Source of the DNA: Chloroflexota bacterium
GTDB lineage: Bacteria > Chloroflexota > UBA11872 > VXOZ01
Length of the DNA: 64,000 nucleotides
NCBI GenBank assembly: GCA_965221905.1
Contig: OZ244922.1
Coordinates: forward strand, 352,001-416,000
Reading direction: 5' to 3'
The notes under the pieces are model-generated. The model was not told the DNA's origin. It ran no database searches and saw only the letters and a list, made by a program, of their open reading frames with translations. Position numbers and translations under genes: made by a program. Below, in pieces: positions 10,420 to 19,974 of this stretch (position 1 is the first letter of the stretch; each line of letters starts with the position of its first letter).

Positions 10420-10639
10420 TAGAATGCCGGGCCTATTGGAGTATTAGAGGCAGGACCCCAGATTCCTCCCCGTGTTTCGCACGGGGCCGCTGCGCTCGGA
10501 ATGACATAAGCTCTACAATTGCGATAATTTCCCGGCCAAACTCAGGGTTCTTGTCTTGCTACCTGCGCCCACGCTGAGGCAACTTAGGTCACTCTGGGCA
10601 AGCCAAGCGAGGACGCAATTGCAGTAAGGAGTGTTCACT

Positions 10640-11626
10640 ATGGCGCAAGAGCGCAGATTGCCAGAGGACTCTGATAAATTTGAGCGAGAGACCGTGCAAC
10701 GTGCGACAGTGGGCTTTCCGCTGCCGGACGGATCGAAGGTCGAGACTCCCCTGACCCGTGTCTTTGGCCGGAGCCCCGAACCGAGAGTGGTGATTGTTGC
10801 AGGCGTCCATGGCGACGAACTGGTGGGGCCGCATGCGCTGGTTGAGCTGGCGCAGGAGCTTGCGCCCAGCGAGTTGCGCGGTACGGTCGTGCTGGTACCG
10901 AGTGCCAATCCCCTCGCCTTCGCTGCCGGACTGCGCAGGGCCCCGGATGATGATCTCGACCTGAACCGCATCTTTCCCGGCAAACTTGGCGGAACGGCGA
11001 CCGAGCGTGTCGCTGATACTCTCGTCCGCAGGGTCATCGACGGCGCCGACCTGGTGATTGACCTCCATAGCGCCGGTCGCGAAGGCAACTTGGTGCCGCT
11101 GAGCGGCTTTCGTGAGTCCCACAACGCGTGTGCTCAACGGTCTGCCCTGGCGGCTGCGGCGTTCGGGCTGCAGCACTATTGGATGATGCGGTGGTCGCCG
11201 GGCACCCTGTCGACAATGGCTAACCAGCGCGGTATTGCTGCAGTGGGCTGCGAGGTGGGCGGCCGCGGCATGGTCTCGCGGGATGAAATTGACTTGTACA
11301 AAGACGGTATTCGCCGCTGCCTGAGGCATCTCGGCATGCTCGATCCGCCGCTGGAGGTCTCGCTGCCCCCAAAAGTGTGGACGCAAGAGCACCTTGCCGC
11401 GCCATGCGAGGGCTTGCTGGAGATTCTTGTAACGCTGGGCCAGGAGGTCAAGAGCGGAGAGAGATTGGCCCGCGTGCGCGATCTCTATGGAGCCGTGCGT
11501 GGCGAAATCACCGCGCCGCGGGACGGCATGATCATGTATACGCGGGTAATGCAGTCAGTGGCTGTTTGTGAGAACGTCTTCTGGCTGGGGCGACAGAAAG
11601 ACAATCCTTGCAACACGCCGACATAG
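10640..11626 (+). CDS. Succinylglutamate desuccinylase/aspartoacylase (M14) family protein
   Basis: AGVHGDE, DLNRIFPG, IDLHS, EVGG motifs. Confidence 0.9.
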   Translation: MAQERRLPEDSDKFERETVQRATVGFPLPDGSKVETPLTRVFGRSPEPRVVIVAGVHGDELVGPHALVELAQELAPSELRGTVVLVPSANPLAFAAGLRRAPDDDLDLNRIFPGKLGGTATERVADTLVRRVIDGADLVIDLHSAGREGNLVPLSGFRESHNACAQRSALAAAAFGLQHYWMMRWSPGTLSTMANQRGIAAVGCEVGGRGMVSRDEIDLYKDGIRRCLRHLGMLDPPLEVSLPPKVWTQEHLAAPCEGLLEILVTLGQEVKSGERLARVRDLYGAVRGEITAPRDGMIMYTRVMQSVAVCENVFWLGRQKDNPCNTPT

Positions 11627-11780
11627 GCAACGTGTCTGCGTTTCCATCGGCGTAGACAGGGTCCTAAGACCATAGGCTTGAGCACTAAGCGTCTACTCTT
11701 GCCTGCTTGCGCAGCAGGACATTAATCGTCGACTGACACGTCGCAACGACAGAGCGGCTTGTCAGCGGGAAGCGACGCAA

Positions 11781-13526
11781 TCAAAACTCGTTGGCTCTCG
11801 GAGTTGCGCTGCCAGCTACTTGCGCGATGGCATGCAGCTTCTCGCAAATTTCGGCGTCTATCTCTTCTTCCGGCACAAAGTCGGCCAGTTCATAGAAACT
11901 TCTCTTGCGCATGAGATTGGGCAAACCGAGCTTCTTGAAGTAAGCATCGAAGAGCGGCCTGAGGAAGTCGTCACTAACCTTTGTACTAGCATCCCAAGGA
12001 GAGCCTCTACCCAGGGTTTCGAGCGCGCGACTCACCTCGTCGATGGCCTCATTCATCGCGTCCAGCCGGCGCGTGACTTCAGCTCGCGCTAGTAGAGGAA
12101 CGCCCGGTTGCGCGCTTTCCGCCGTTTCACGCGCGTAAGCCTCCAGCGTGCTTTGAGAACAAAGGTAGTTTTCGATCTCGCGTCGCTGCCACGTCAGGCA
12201 CGTGACTAGCCCTGTGTCGTGCGTGCCTGAGTCAGGTCGGTCAAATAGCGCTACACCCTTTAGATTTGGCAGCGCTTCTCTAAGCCCATGGTAGTGGCTC
12301 TGCACCGCCCCCGCACTGTTCCCGACATAGTGCACGTACGGGCGCTCAAGCGCGCTGGACGCTTCTTCGTGACCGAGACGACGAGCGAATGCCTGCAAGA
12401 TTGAGAGATCGGTAGATCCTTCTAGATAGAGTACCCAGCCAGTCTGCTCCGCTTGATTATAGTGTTCGAAGCCTATGTCCCTGAGGGACTTCAGGAGTTG
12501 GCTGCCTTGGCCGTCAATGCGATGGGGCTTGCCGACGAATGCGACCACCATATCCCTTCCGGCTGCTTCATTGAGAATCACTTCCGAGTGGCTCGCCGCA
12601 ATAATTTGGCTGCCACTCTTCTTGGCAGCCTCGGCAATTAAGCGATATATTTGGCGTTGTCGTAGAATTTCCAGATGCGCGTCCGGCTCATCCAGCAAGA
12701 GCACTGCGCCGGGGTTGGCATACATATAAGCCAAAATCAGTATGGTTTGTTGAAGACCGCGTCCGCTGGATGACAAGTCAAGCGTAACGCCACTCTCACG
12801 GTAGCTCATCGCAATCTCGCCACGCTCAGTGATGTACCGGGGCGGCTCCAATTCGACACCAAACAAGCTGCGGATTTCTGTTACCATTTCTTGCCATTTC
12901 TCGACATGTTCCTCGTAGATGCCGTAGCAAAGATTGCGTAGGACCTCCGCTGTGCGTCCCTCGCCTACACGTACGTTCACCGCCCCGGGGTCGAGTCGAG
13001 TTTCAGTGGCGGCAAGACCGGACATTGGCGGCAAGAACGCAACCTGCACACTGTCAGCTGCTTCCGGTACCGCCATTCTCACCGCCGTGTTTTCTTTAGT
13101 TTTTCGCAATGGGCGACAGTAGAATGACTCCTCATTGGCGTAGTCGAACTCTAACCCGCAGGCCCACGGTTGATCGTCAGTGACACCTTCCACGATGACA
13201 TCGATCCGCACGTTCTGTGTCTGCTGCTTACCATCCTCTTTGCGCACGTCCCGCGAATGAAGTCCGTGCCACAAGAGACGTGCACTTGGAACCGGGATGG
13301 CAAAGAGGTCTCGACGATTGACAGTGACGCCGGGACGCTTTTCTGGCGCGCCCTTGCCCTGACGTTTCTCATTCCACCGTTTCAATCCGACGTCCCAGAG
13401 CGCGAGCGCCTGCATGGCCGAGGTTTTCCCCGAATTGTTCGGGCCGATAAAGGCTACGGGGTTACCTAGCTCAATCTCGACCTCGCCGAAACGCTTGAAA
13501 TTGCGGATAGTGAGTTTAGTCAGCAT
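11781..13526 (-). CDS. ABC/AAA_21-type ATPase with TOPRIM-like C-terminal domain (OLD-like)
   Basis: IRNFKRF, Walker A GPNNSGKT, signature-like SSGRG, Walker B LLLDEPDAHL, ASHS; C-terminal YLEGSTD, DRPD, REIENYL. Confidence 0.8.
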   Translation of the reverse strand: MLTKLTIRNFKRFGEVEIELGNPVAFIGPNNSGKTSAMQALALWDVGLKRWNEKRQGKGAPEKRPGVTVNRRDLFAIPVPSARLLWHGLHSRDVRKEDGKQQTQNVRIDVIVEGVTDDQPWACGLEFDYANEESFYCRPLRKTKENTAVRMAVPEAADSVQVAFLPPMSGLAATETRLDPGAVNVRVGEGRTAEVLRNLCYGIYEEHVEKWQEMVTEIRSLFGVELEPPRYITERGEIAMSYRESGVTLDLSSSGRGLQQTILILAYMYANPGAVLLLDEPDAHLEILRQRQIYRLIAEAAKKSGSQIIAASHSEVILNEAAGRDMVVAFVGKPHRIDGQGSQLLKSLRDIGFEHYNQAEQTGWVLYLEGSTDLSILQAFARRLGHEEASSALERPYVHYVGNSAGAVQSHYHGLREALPNLKGVALFDRPDSGTHDTGLVTCLTWQRREIENYLCSQSTLEAYARETAESAQPGVPLLARAEVTRRLDAMNEAIDEVSRALETLGRGSPWDASTKVSDDFLRPLFDAYFKKLGLPNLMRKRSFYELADFVPEEEIDAEICEKLHAIAQVAGSATPRANEF

Positions 13527-13642
13527 TGAAAGCCACAATGATCATTCGCTCAAGCTTGCAAACTGCAGTTCGCCGGATACTGGTTTTGGCAGCATTGTAC
13601 CATGCGACTCATGGCATATTGGCGTCGAACCCCAAATCAACC

Positions 13643-13954
13643 TCAAGTCTCATAGAGGGGCGTCCTTGTGGCCTCGACTGCTTCCAAGAAGTACGGGTTC
13701 TTGATGGCCGACTCGACTACCGGATCCACCCGCCTGTCGAATAGCTGCTGCAGGGCTTCCAACAAACCAAAGTACGTGTTGGCATAGACGCCTGGAGGCA
13801 GCGGTTCGAACTCCACCAGAAAGTCGAGGTCGCTAGCCTCCGTCAAGCCCCGGCCGGTCGCGGCTGAGCCGAACAGGGCAAGCCGCCGGACACGGTAGCG
13901 GCGGCATAGCCGCTCCAAATCGGCAGCCCATTCGCTAATGACCGGGTGCAGCAC
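13643..13954 (-). CDS. Minimal nucleotidyltransferase (MNT-type antitoxin)
   Basis: LFGSAA...SDLDFLVEF, RRVDPV, NPYF. Confidence 0.9.
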   Translation of the reverse strand: MLHPVISEWAADLERLCRRYRVRRLALFGSAATGRGLTEASDLDFLVEFEPLPPGVYANTYFGLLEALQQLFDRRVDPVVESAIKNPYFLEAVEATRTPLYET

Positions 13955-14036
13955 GACACCCTCCCGCTATCATAGTCAGCAGAATCAATTCAATTGCTCC
14001 CTCCGGCCGTCGTCTCGGTCTGGGGCGCGGCGGGTG

Positions 14037-14609
14037 TCACGTGACATCTTCGAAATATCCCGCGATGTGCGTGTCGTATTCGGCAGTATGTTGAAAGGCT
14101 TTGGCTGCCAGCAGGGTGCGCAGCGCAGTGTCAGCTTGTCCCGCGGCGAGTGCGTTGAGCACGGGGGCGTAGTCACTGGGGTCTACCACCACGAGCACTG
14201 AATTAGCGTTCTTGGCGGCGGCGCGGATCAGCGTGGGGCCGCCGATGTCGATGTTCTCGACGATTTCCCCATGATCGGCGCCACTTTGCAGAGTCTCCAC
14301 AAAGGGATAGAGGTTTGAGGCTACCACGTCCACAGGCACAATAGCGTGGTCGCGCAGGGTTTGCACGTGTTCCGGCACGTCCTGCCGTGCCAAAATACCG
14401 GCGTGCACCGCCGGATGCAGGGTCTTCACACGTCCATCGAGGATTTCCGGAAAGCCGGTTACATCGCTAATGCCGGTTACGGGAATGCCCGCTGCTTCTA
14501 TCGCGGTCTGGGTGCCGCCGGTAGAGACAATTTCGAATCCCAGCTTGGCTAGACCATCCGCAAACTCGACGATGCCGGTCTTGTCGAAAACGCTCAGAAT
14601 CGCCCGCAT
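14037..14609 (-). CDS. purH: PurH N-terminal IMP cyclohydrolase (MGS-like) domain only
   Basis: RAILSVFDKTG, STGGT, GRVKTLHP, NLYPF, ENIDIGGPTLIRAAAKN; stops at about 190 aa with no AICAR transformylase domain. Confidence 0.85.
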   Translation of the reverse strand: MRAILSVFDKTGIVEFADGLAKLGFEIVSTGGTQTAIEAAGIPVTGISDVTGFPEILDGRVKTLHPAVHAGILARQDVPEHVQTLRDHAIVPVDVVASNLYPFVETLQSGADHGEIVENIDIGGPTLIRAAAKNANSVLVVVDPSDYAPVLNALAAGQADTALRTLLAAKAFQHTAEYDTHIAGYFEDVT

Positions 14610-15088
14610 GTGCTCTAAAGCCCCTATTCTCATTTGAAAAGATAGATTCTCGTTTTTCCCGGGAATGATGGTCGTTGGCAAAGCGGCGAGCCCCACAGTA
14701 TTACCCCTCGCACCAGTGATTATACACGTGTTCGGGCAGCACCTCCGTCATACGCTTCCCATGTACACGCCAACAGCTATAGCGTAATTTGGATTTCATT
14801 GAGTTTTAGCATGTGGAATTAGCAAGGCGCACACAGGCGGCAGGGACTCGACGGTCAACTGCGCAAGCAGTAAGATAGGCAAGAATGGACACCAGAGCCG
14901 ACCGGTGGCGGAGGGCGTCCGAGCTTAGGCTAACCCAGTTGCAACGGCCCCTAAGGTATTGTCTTCGAAAACAACCCGCCCATTCCTATGAATTCGAGTA
15001 ACGATGATGACCTGCGCCCATACGTCTCTTTCCCCACGCAAATAACAGAGTTCCGAGCGCACAGTTCAACCCAAATGAGGATTTCACC

Positions 15089-16054
15089 ATGACGGAGAAG
15101 CGGCTGAAGTTCATCGTTCCCGGGGACTTCCCACCCCAAATTCAAGGATCGCCACACCTTGACCGGCTTCAGCCGTATGGCGACGTTGACCTGTACCTCG
15201 ACCGGCCGCGGGACATGGCAGAGCAACTGGAACGCGTGCAGGGCGCCCACGTCATCTTGAATACGCGGGGGGCTGTCAAGTGGTTTGCGCCTGCGCTCCA
15301 GGCCCTGCCGGACCTGCGCCTCATCGCTACGTGCTCCATTGGCGTCGACTCGTATGACATTGAGGCGGCGCGGGCATGCGGCGTTGCCGTAAGCAATCAA
15401 CCGGGTAGAACTGCGGCGGTGGTCGCCGAGCACATCATCGGCCTCATGTTCGCCGCTGCCAAGCGCGCTGCGTTTCAGACCGGCGAGCTCAAGGCCGGAC
15501 GCTGGACACTCAAGCAGAACGTGACGCTCAGCGGCAAGACGCTCGGCGTCGTCGGCACAGGCAACGTGGGACGCGAGGTGGCACGGGTGGCCAATTTGCT
15601 CGGCATGCGGTGTCTGGCGTGGACGTATAATCCGTCGCCGGAGCGGGCGCGCGAGCTTGGGGTAGAGTTCGTTGAACTTGACGAATTGCTTGGAGAATCC
15701 GACGTGGTGAGCCTGCACGTGCGGCTCAGCGATGAAAGCCGACACCTCATCGGTGCACGCGAATTCGGATTGATGAAGCCGGGAGCCCTTTTCATCAACG
15801 CCGGTCGCGGCGAGCTGGTGGATACCGCTGCCCTCGTTGACGCCCTGCAATCCGAACACCTGGCCGGCGCCGCTCTCGACGTGTTCGATCAGGAGCCGCT
15901 TCCGCCCGATCACCCAATTCTCGGGTGCGATCAGGTGGTCCTCACGCCGCACCTTGCCGATCAGACCCCGGAAGGCATCGAATTGCTGAACGAAGGCGCG
16001 GTCTCGAACGTCATTGCCTTCTTGGAAGGGCGTCCGCAGAACATCGTCACCTAG
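15089..16054 (+). CDS. D-isomer-specific 2-hydroxyacid dehydrogenase
   Basis: GVVGTGNVG, INAGRG, AALDVF..EP, LTPH. Confidence 0.9.
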   Translation: MTEKRLKFIVPGDFPPQIQGSPHLDRLQPYGDVDLYLDRPRDMAEQLERVQGAHVILNTRGAVKWFAPALQALPDLRLIATCSIGVDSYDIEAARACGVAVSNQPGRTAAVVAEHIIGLMFAAAKRAAFQTGELKAGRWTLKQNVTLSGKTLGVVGTGNVGREVARVANLLGMRCLAWTYNPSPERARELGVEFVELDELLGESDVVSLHVRLSDESRHLIGAREFGLMKPGALFINAGRGELVDTAALVDALQSEHLAGAALDVFDQEPLPPDHPILGCDQVVLTPHLADQTPEGIELLNEGAVSNVIAFLEGRPQNIVT

Positions 16055-16160
16055 AGGAAGATTTCGAATTAACTATGCGCCTGTCCTACGGGATCAAGTT
16101 TCCCTTGGCAGACTTGACGGAAGGAACACGGGAACAGAGCGTCCTGCCCGCCTTGTGCAC

Positions 16161-16266
16161 ATGTCATTCCGAACGGAGCGCAGCGCAGAGAGGAATCTGG
16201 AGTCCCTGACGTTCATGTTCCAGTAGGTCCAGGATTCTAGATTCCTCGCTGCGCTCGGAATGACAT
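16161..16266. repeat. Intact GTCATTCCGA...TCGGAATGAC palindromic (MITE/REP-like) element
   Basis: ATGTCATTCCGAACGGAGCG...GAGGAATCT / AGATTCCTCGCTGCGCTCGGAATGACAT; half copy at 63450-63476. Confidence 0.8.
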
Positions 16267-16366
16267 AGATAGTCTACACATTGTAGTAACAAGCGGCATC
16301 TTTCACGCATAACTCAACAATTACGCTTCCCGGGTGCGCGGGGATCTACCACCTAAGGCCCTATCC

Positions 16367-17170
16367 ATGGATAAACGAATCGAAACGAATCGCATCAACT
16401 GGAACGAAAAAACCTCTGTACACGCCGATTCCGCCTTCTATGACGTAGCGGGCTTCAAAGCGGGCGGCATAACCCTCAAAGCGCTCGAGCGGGAAGAGGT
16501 CGGCCCTGTAGCCGGGAAGAAGCTGCTCCATCTGCAGTGCCACTTTGGGCTGGATACCATGTCGTGGGCGCGGCTTGGAGCGCAGGCAACGGGTATAGAC
16601 TTTTCTGATGACGCGATAGAACTCGCGCGCGCGTTGAATGCTGAAGTCGGAACGGGCGCGCGCTTCATCCGATCCGATGTGTACGATCTGACAAACGTCC
16701 TCGATGAAGAATTCGACATTGTGTTCACGTCGTATGGCGTCTTGGTTTGGTTGCCGGACCTCGACCGCTGGGCCGACGTGATTTTCCGTTGCCTCAAACC
16801 GGGCGGCACGTTCTACATTGTGGAATTCCACCCACACCTGGCAACGCTTGAACCCTCCGCGAGTGGTGACGCGCGCCCATTCTATAGCTATTTTTGCGAA
16901 GAGTTGTTCTTTACGGGCGATGAGCCGTCCTATGCCGGTGACGAGCATATCGCGAGTCCCAATTACGAGTGGCAGCACAGCCTTGGCGAGATTATCACTG
17001 CCTTAGTTGATGCCGGACTCAGGATCGAGTTCCTCCATGAGTTTCCCTTCTGCCACTTTCGAGCGCTGCCCAACATGGTGCAGGGCAAAGATGGTTGGTG
17101 GCGCTTCCCGGAGAAAAACAGCTCCATCCCGCAGATGTTCTCTATTCGGGCAACTAAGCCGCATTCCTGA
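16367..17170 (+). CDS. Class I SAM-dependent methyltransferase
   Basis: LLHLQCHFGLDT, FDIVFTSYGVLVWLPDL, LKPGG. Confidence 0.9.
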   Translation: MDKRIETNRINWNEKTSVHADSAFYDVAGFKAGGITLKALEREEVGPVAGKKLLHLQCHFGLDTMSWARLGAQATGIDFSDDAIELARALNAEVGTGARFIRSDVYDLTNVLDEEFDIVFTSYGVLVWLPDLDRWADVIFRCLKPGGTFYIVEFHPHLATLEPSASGDARPFYSYFCEELFFTGDEPSYAGDEHIASPNYEWQHSLGEIITALVDAGLRIEFLHEFPFCHFRALPNMVQGKDGWWRFPEKNSSIPQMFSIRATKPHS

Positions 17171-17640
17171 CCAGACCCCCTTTAGTAAGACTCCAACTTG
17201 GCGGGATGATTACGCCAGTGTCTCGAAGAGGCTTACCGTCTGCTGGTGGGGGTTCTACTGTTGGGGGCGTGTTTCCAAGAGTGCCGCAACGGCTTGCCAG
17301 GCTCGTGGCAAGAATCCAAAGCTAAACCTCGGAAACTGTTCTGCGGCGAAGAGTGAGTAGGTTTCGGCACGGCATCTTTTGCACGGCCGCGCCGCCTGCC
17401 CTGCAGTTGAATGGCAGGATTAGCGCCGGGATGACGAGGGGGAGTGGGAAGGCGAGTCCTGAACTTAGCCTGAAACGACAGGTCTCATACTTGGATACCC
17501 AGCTTATGTAGGAGGGATAGCGTCCTCAAGGGAAGCGTACAGCATCCGGTTAGGCCGGCCGTGTATGCGCCAACGGTGGAGTACCGATTCCGTTTCGAGA
17601 GAGAGGCGTGAGGCTAGATCGTTGATCGTTGGGCAATTGA

Positions 17641-18813
17641 CTACCGATTGCGGCGGCGGCGCAAAAATGACGGGACGTCTAGATCCTGAACTTGCACGTC
17701 TTCTACTTCCGGCTCGCTGGTGGGCCGGTCGTCAGATGGAGGGGGACGCCTGCCAGCACGCTGCGGCTGTTCATCGGGGAGGCCGGTCGCAATCAGCGTC
17801 ACTTGCACCTCTTCCAGATTTGCTGGATCAATAGACGCACCGACGATGATGTTGGCCTCACTGTCTACTGTGTTGCTGACCACTTCCGCAGCAGCGCTGA
17901 TCTCCTGAATAGTCATGTCGGGACCGCCGCGGAAATTTAGTAGCACGCCGCGAGCGCCTCGAACGGGCTTATCGGAGAGCGGGTCTTTCATCGCCTCTTC
18001 CACTGCGAGCAGCATGCGATTCTCGCCGGACCCAATCCCAATCCCCATCATGGCTGCGCCCGCATCCTGCATGACTGAACGCACGTCGGCAAAGTCAACG
18101 TTGATGATCCCTCTCGTTGTAACGAGTTCAGTGATTGACTTCACTCCGTTAACGAGCATTTCATCAGCCAGGGCAAAAGCCTCGGTAATTGGCGCTGAAG
18201 GCGGCACCGCAGCAAGGAGACGATCGTTATGAATAACAATCAACGTATCCACATGCTGTTGGAGCGCTTGCAAACCGGCAGCAGCGTGACGTTGGCGCGG
18301 CCTGCCCTCGAACATGAACGGCAGTGTGACAACGCAGACCGTGAGGGCGCCATGCTGCTTAGCGAGTTCGGCAACCACCGGTGCCGCACCGGTACCAGTG
18401 CCGCCACCCAAGCCCGACGTTACAAAGACCATGTTTGCGCCCCTGACGAGCTGTTCGATTTCCTGCAGGCTCTCCTCTGCCGCTCGCTTGCCGAGGTCAG
18501 GATCTCCACCGGTCCCGCGGAGCCGTGTAATGCGATCGCCAATGGCGAGTTTCTCGTCTGCGCGCGAGATTTGGAGGGCTTGAGCATCCGTATTGATAAC
18601 TGAATACGAAGCCCCGGCGACACCGGCTTCGATCATGCGGTTCACCGCGTTGCTACCGCATCCACCCACGCCGATAATGCGAATCTGAATGATGCCCTGC
18701 GCGTCGCGCGATTGCGGGCTCGTGCCTACCATATCTGGAACCACCGGGCGGGGGCGTGTGCTGTCTTTCACAGTCTCTAACCGTTCGGGATCAAAGCCGG
18801 GCCGCTTCGACAC
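17641..18813 (-). CDS. ftsZ: Cell division GTPase FtsZ with N-terminal extension
   Basis: GVGGCGSNAVNRM, NTDAQAL, GLGGGTGTG tubulin signature, INVDFADVR T7 loop, C-terminal DLDVPSFLRR. Confidence 0.95.
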   Translation of the reverse strand: MSKRPGFDPERLETVKDSTRPRPVVPDMVGTSPQSRDAQGIIQIRIIGVGGCGSNAVNRMIEAGVAGASYSVINTDAQALQISRADEKLAIGDRITRLRGTGGDPDLGKRAAEESLQEIEQLVRGANMVFVTSGLGGGTGTGAAPVVAELAKQHGALTVCVVTLPFMFEGRPRQRHAAAGLQALQQHVDTLIVIHNDRLLAAVPPSAPITEAFALADEMLVNGVKSITELVTTRGIINVDFADVRSVMQDAGAAMMGIGIGSGENRMLLAVEEAMKDPLSDKPVRGARGVLLNFRGGPDMTIQEISAAAEVVSNTVDSEANIIVGASIDPANLEEVQVTLIATGLPDEQPQRAGRRPPPSDDRPTSEPEVEDVQVQDLDVPSFLRRRRNR

Positions 18814-19567
18814 GGTCTAACACCTCTCTGGCTAGTAGTTGATACGCATTCGCGGCTTTTTTGGCGCCAGAATAGGCATTTACCGGGACGCCCGCTGACG
18901 CCGCTTCCAAAATCTTGCTGTTCGTCCCAATTTCCGTGGTAAAGACGCGATCACCCCAATGTTCATGAAGGTATTGCCAAACCGCTTTTTCTTCACGCAG
19001 ACGGCGGTCGTACTTGCTCAGCAGCACACCTAAAATCTCGACCTTCGGGTTGAGTGCTGCGGCCTCGGCTATGGTTTCTTGCAACATGTACAAGCCTTGC
19101 AAAGAGAAGAAACGCGCTTCGGTTGGAACTATCACACAGTCCGCCGCCACCAGCGCGTTTACCGTGAGCAAACCGAGTGAAGGGGGTGTGTCGATCAGGA
19201 TGAAGTCATAGTCATCTCGTACGCGTTCCAAGCGCTCGCGCAAGCGGAGTTCCCGACCGATAAGCGCAGCTAATTGAAACTCTACGTTGGCAAGCTCCAA
19301 CGACGCGGGCACAACGTCAATCACCATGCCAACGTCGTCCTCAATGCGGTATATAGGCATTTCCACCTTACGGTCCCGCAGTGCGCCTGCAATCGAAGTT
19401 TCCAACTCTCGCTCCAGACCAAGGTGGGCGGTCAAATTGGCCTGTGCATCCATGTCTACCGCCAAAATGCGCTTACCCATCTGTGAAAGAGCAGCACTCA
19501 AATTCGCAGTGGTGGTTGTTTTGCCAACACCACCCTTTTGGTTGGCGCAAGCAATAATGAGAGCCAT
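18791..19567 (-). CDS. ParA/Soj family ATPase
   Basis: Deviant Walker A NQKGGVGKTTT, DMDAQAN, IDTPPSLG, EAxxxGxP; 3' end overlaps ftsZ start by 23 nt. Confidence 0.9.
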   Translation of the reverse strand: MALIIACANQKGGVGKTTTTANLSAALSQMGKRILAVDMDAQANLTAHLGLERELETSIAGALRDRKVEMPIYRIEDDVGMVIDVVPASLELANVEFQLAALIGRELRLRERLERVRDDYDFILIDTPPSLGLLTVNALVAADCVIVPTEARFFSLQGLYMLQETIAEAAALNPKVEILGVLLSKYDRRLREEKAVWQYLHEHWGDRVFTTEIGTNSKILEAASAGVPVNAYSGAKKAANAYQLLAREVLDRVEAARL

Positions 19568-19974
19568 AATACTTGTTTTGCTGCTACCCACGCCCAAGGT
19601 TTGCGCTCCATGCCCGTAGTGTATCATAACAACTATACACCCACAAATAACCGATTGACTAGCGAGTCTGGGTGTATTGTGCATGCGGTTTCTGCCCCAA
19701 GTTTGTGCACCGGGAATGGTATGCTACTAGGCGATCTACATCTCCACGGCGGGTTGAAGAGCACAGAGAGATGCAAATTCCGTAGGATGGTCTGTCTCTG
19801 CGGTTCCGCTTTCGTTCGGCCCCCATTTCTTGCTCTTAGCAAGTGGTGCGAAGCATACGGTGGATGGGTTGCACCATTCGCCAGACTTGACGGGTGTGGG
19901 GGCATAGCACCAGATAGCACCTGCGCCACGCTAGAGCGCAAGTATGCAGTCCATTGAGGCCTGTTTCGTTGCCC

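Larger units (their letters stand above)
9181..10507. repeat. GTCATTCCGA...TCGGAATGAC palindromic element interrupted by IS5 and a 20-bp hairpin
   Basis: Left arm ATGTTATTCCGAACGGAGCGCAGCG (9181) and right arm CGCTGCGCTCGGAATGACAT (ends 10507) match the intact copy at 16161-16266. Confidence 0.75.

Noticed and set aside
14700-14955. ZTP or purine riboswitch upstream of purH
   Set aside because: GCAACTGG is present, but the GGCG/CGCC pseudoknot and the CCUGGGC 3' motif are not properly arranged; the purine-riboswitch core is absent
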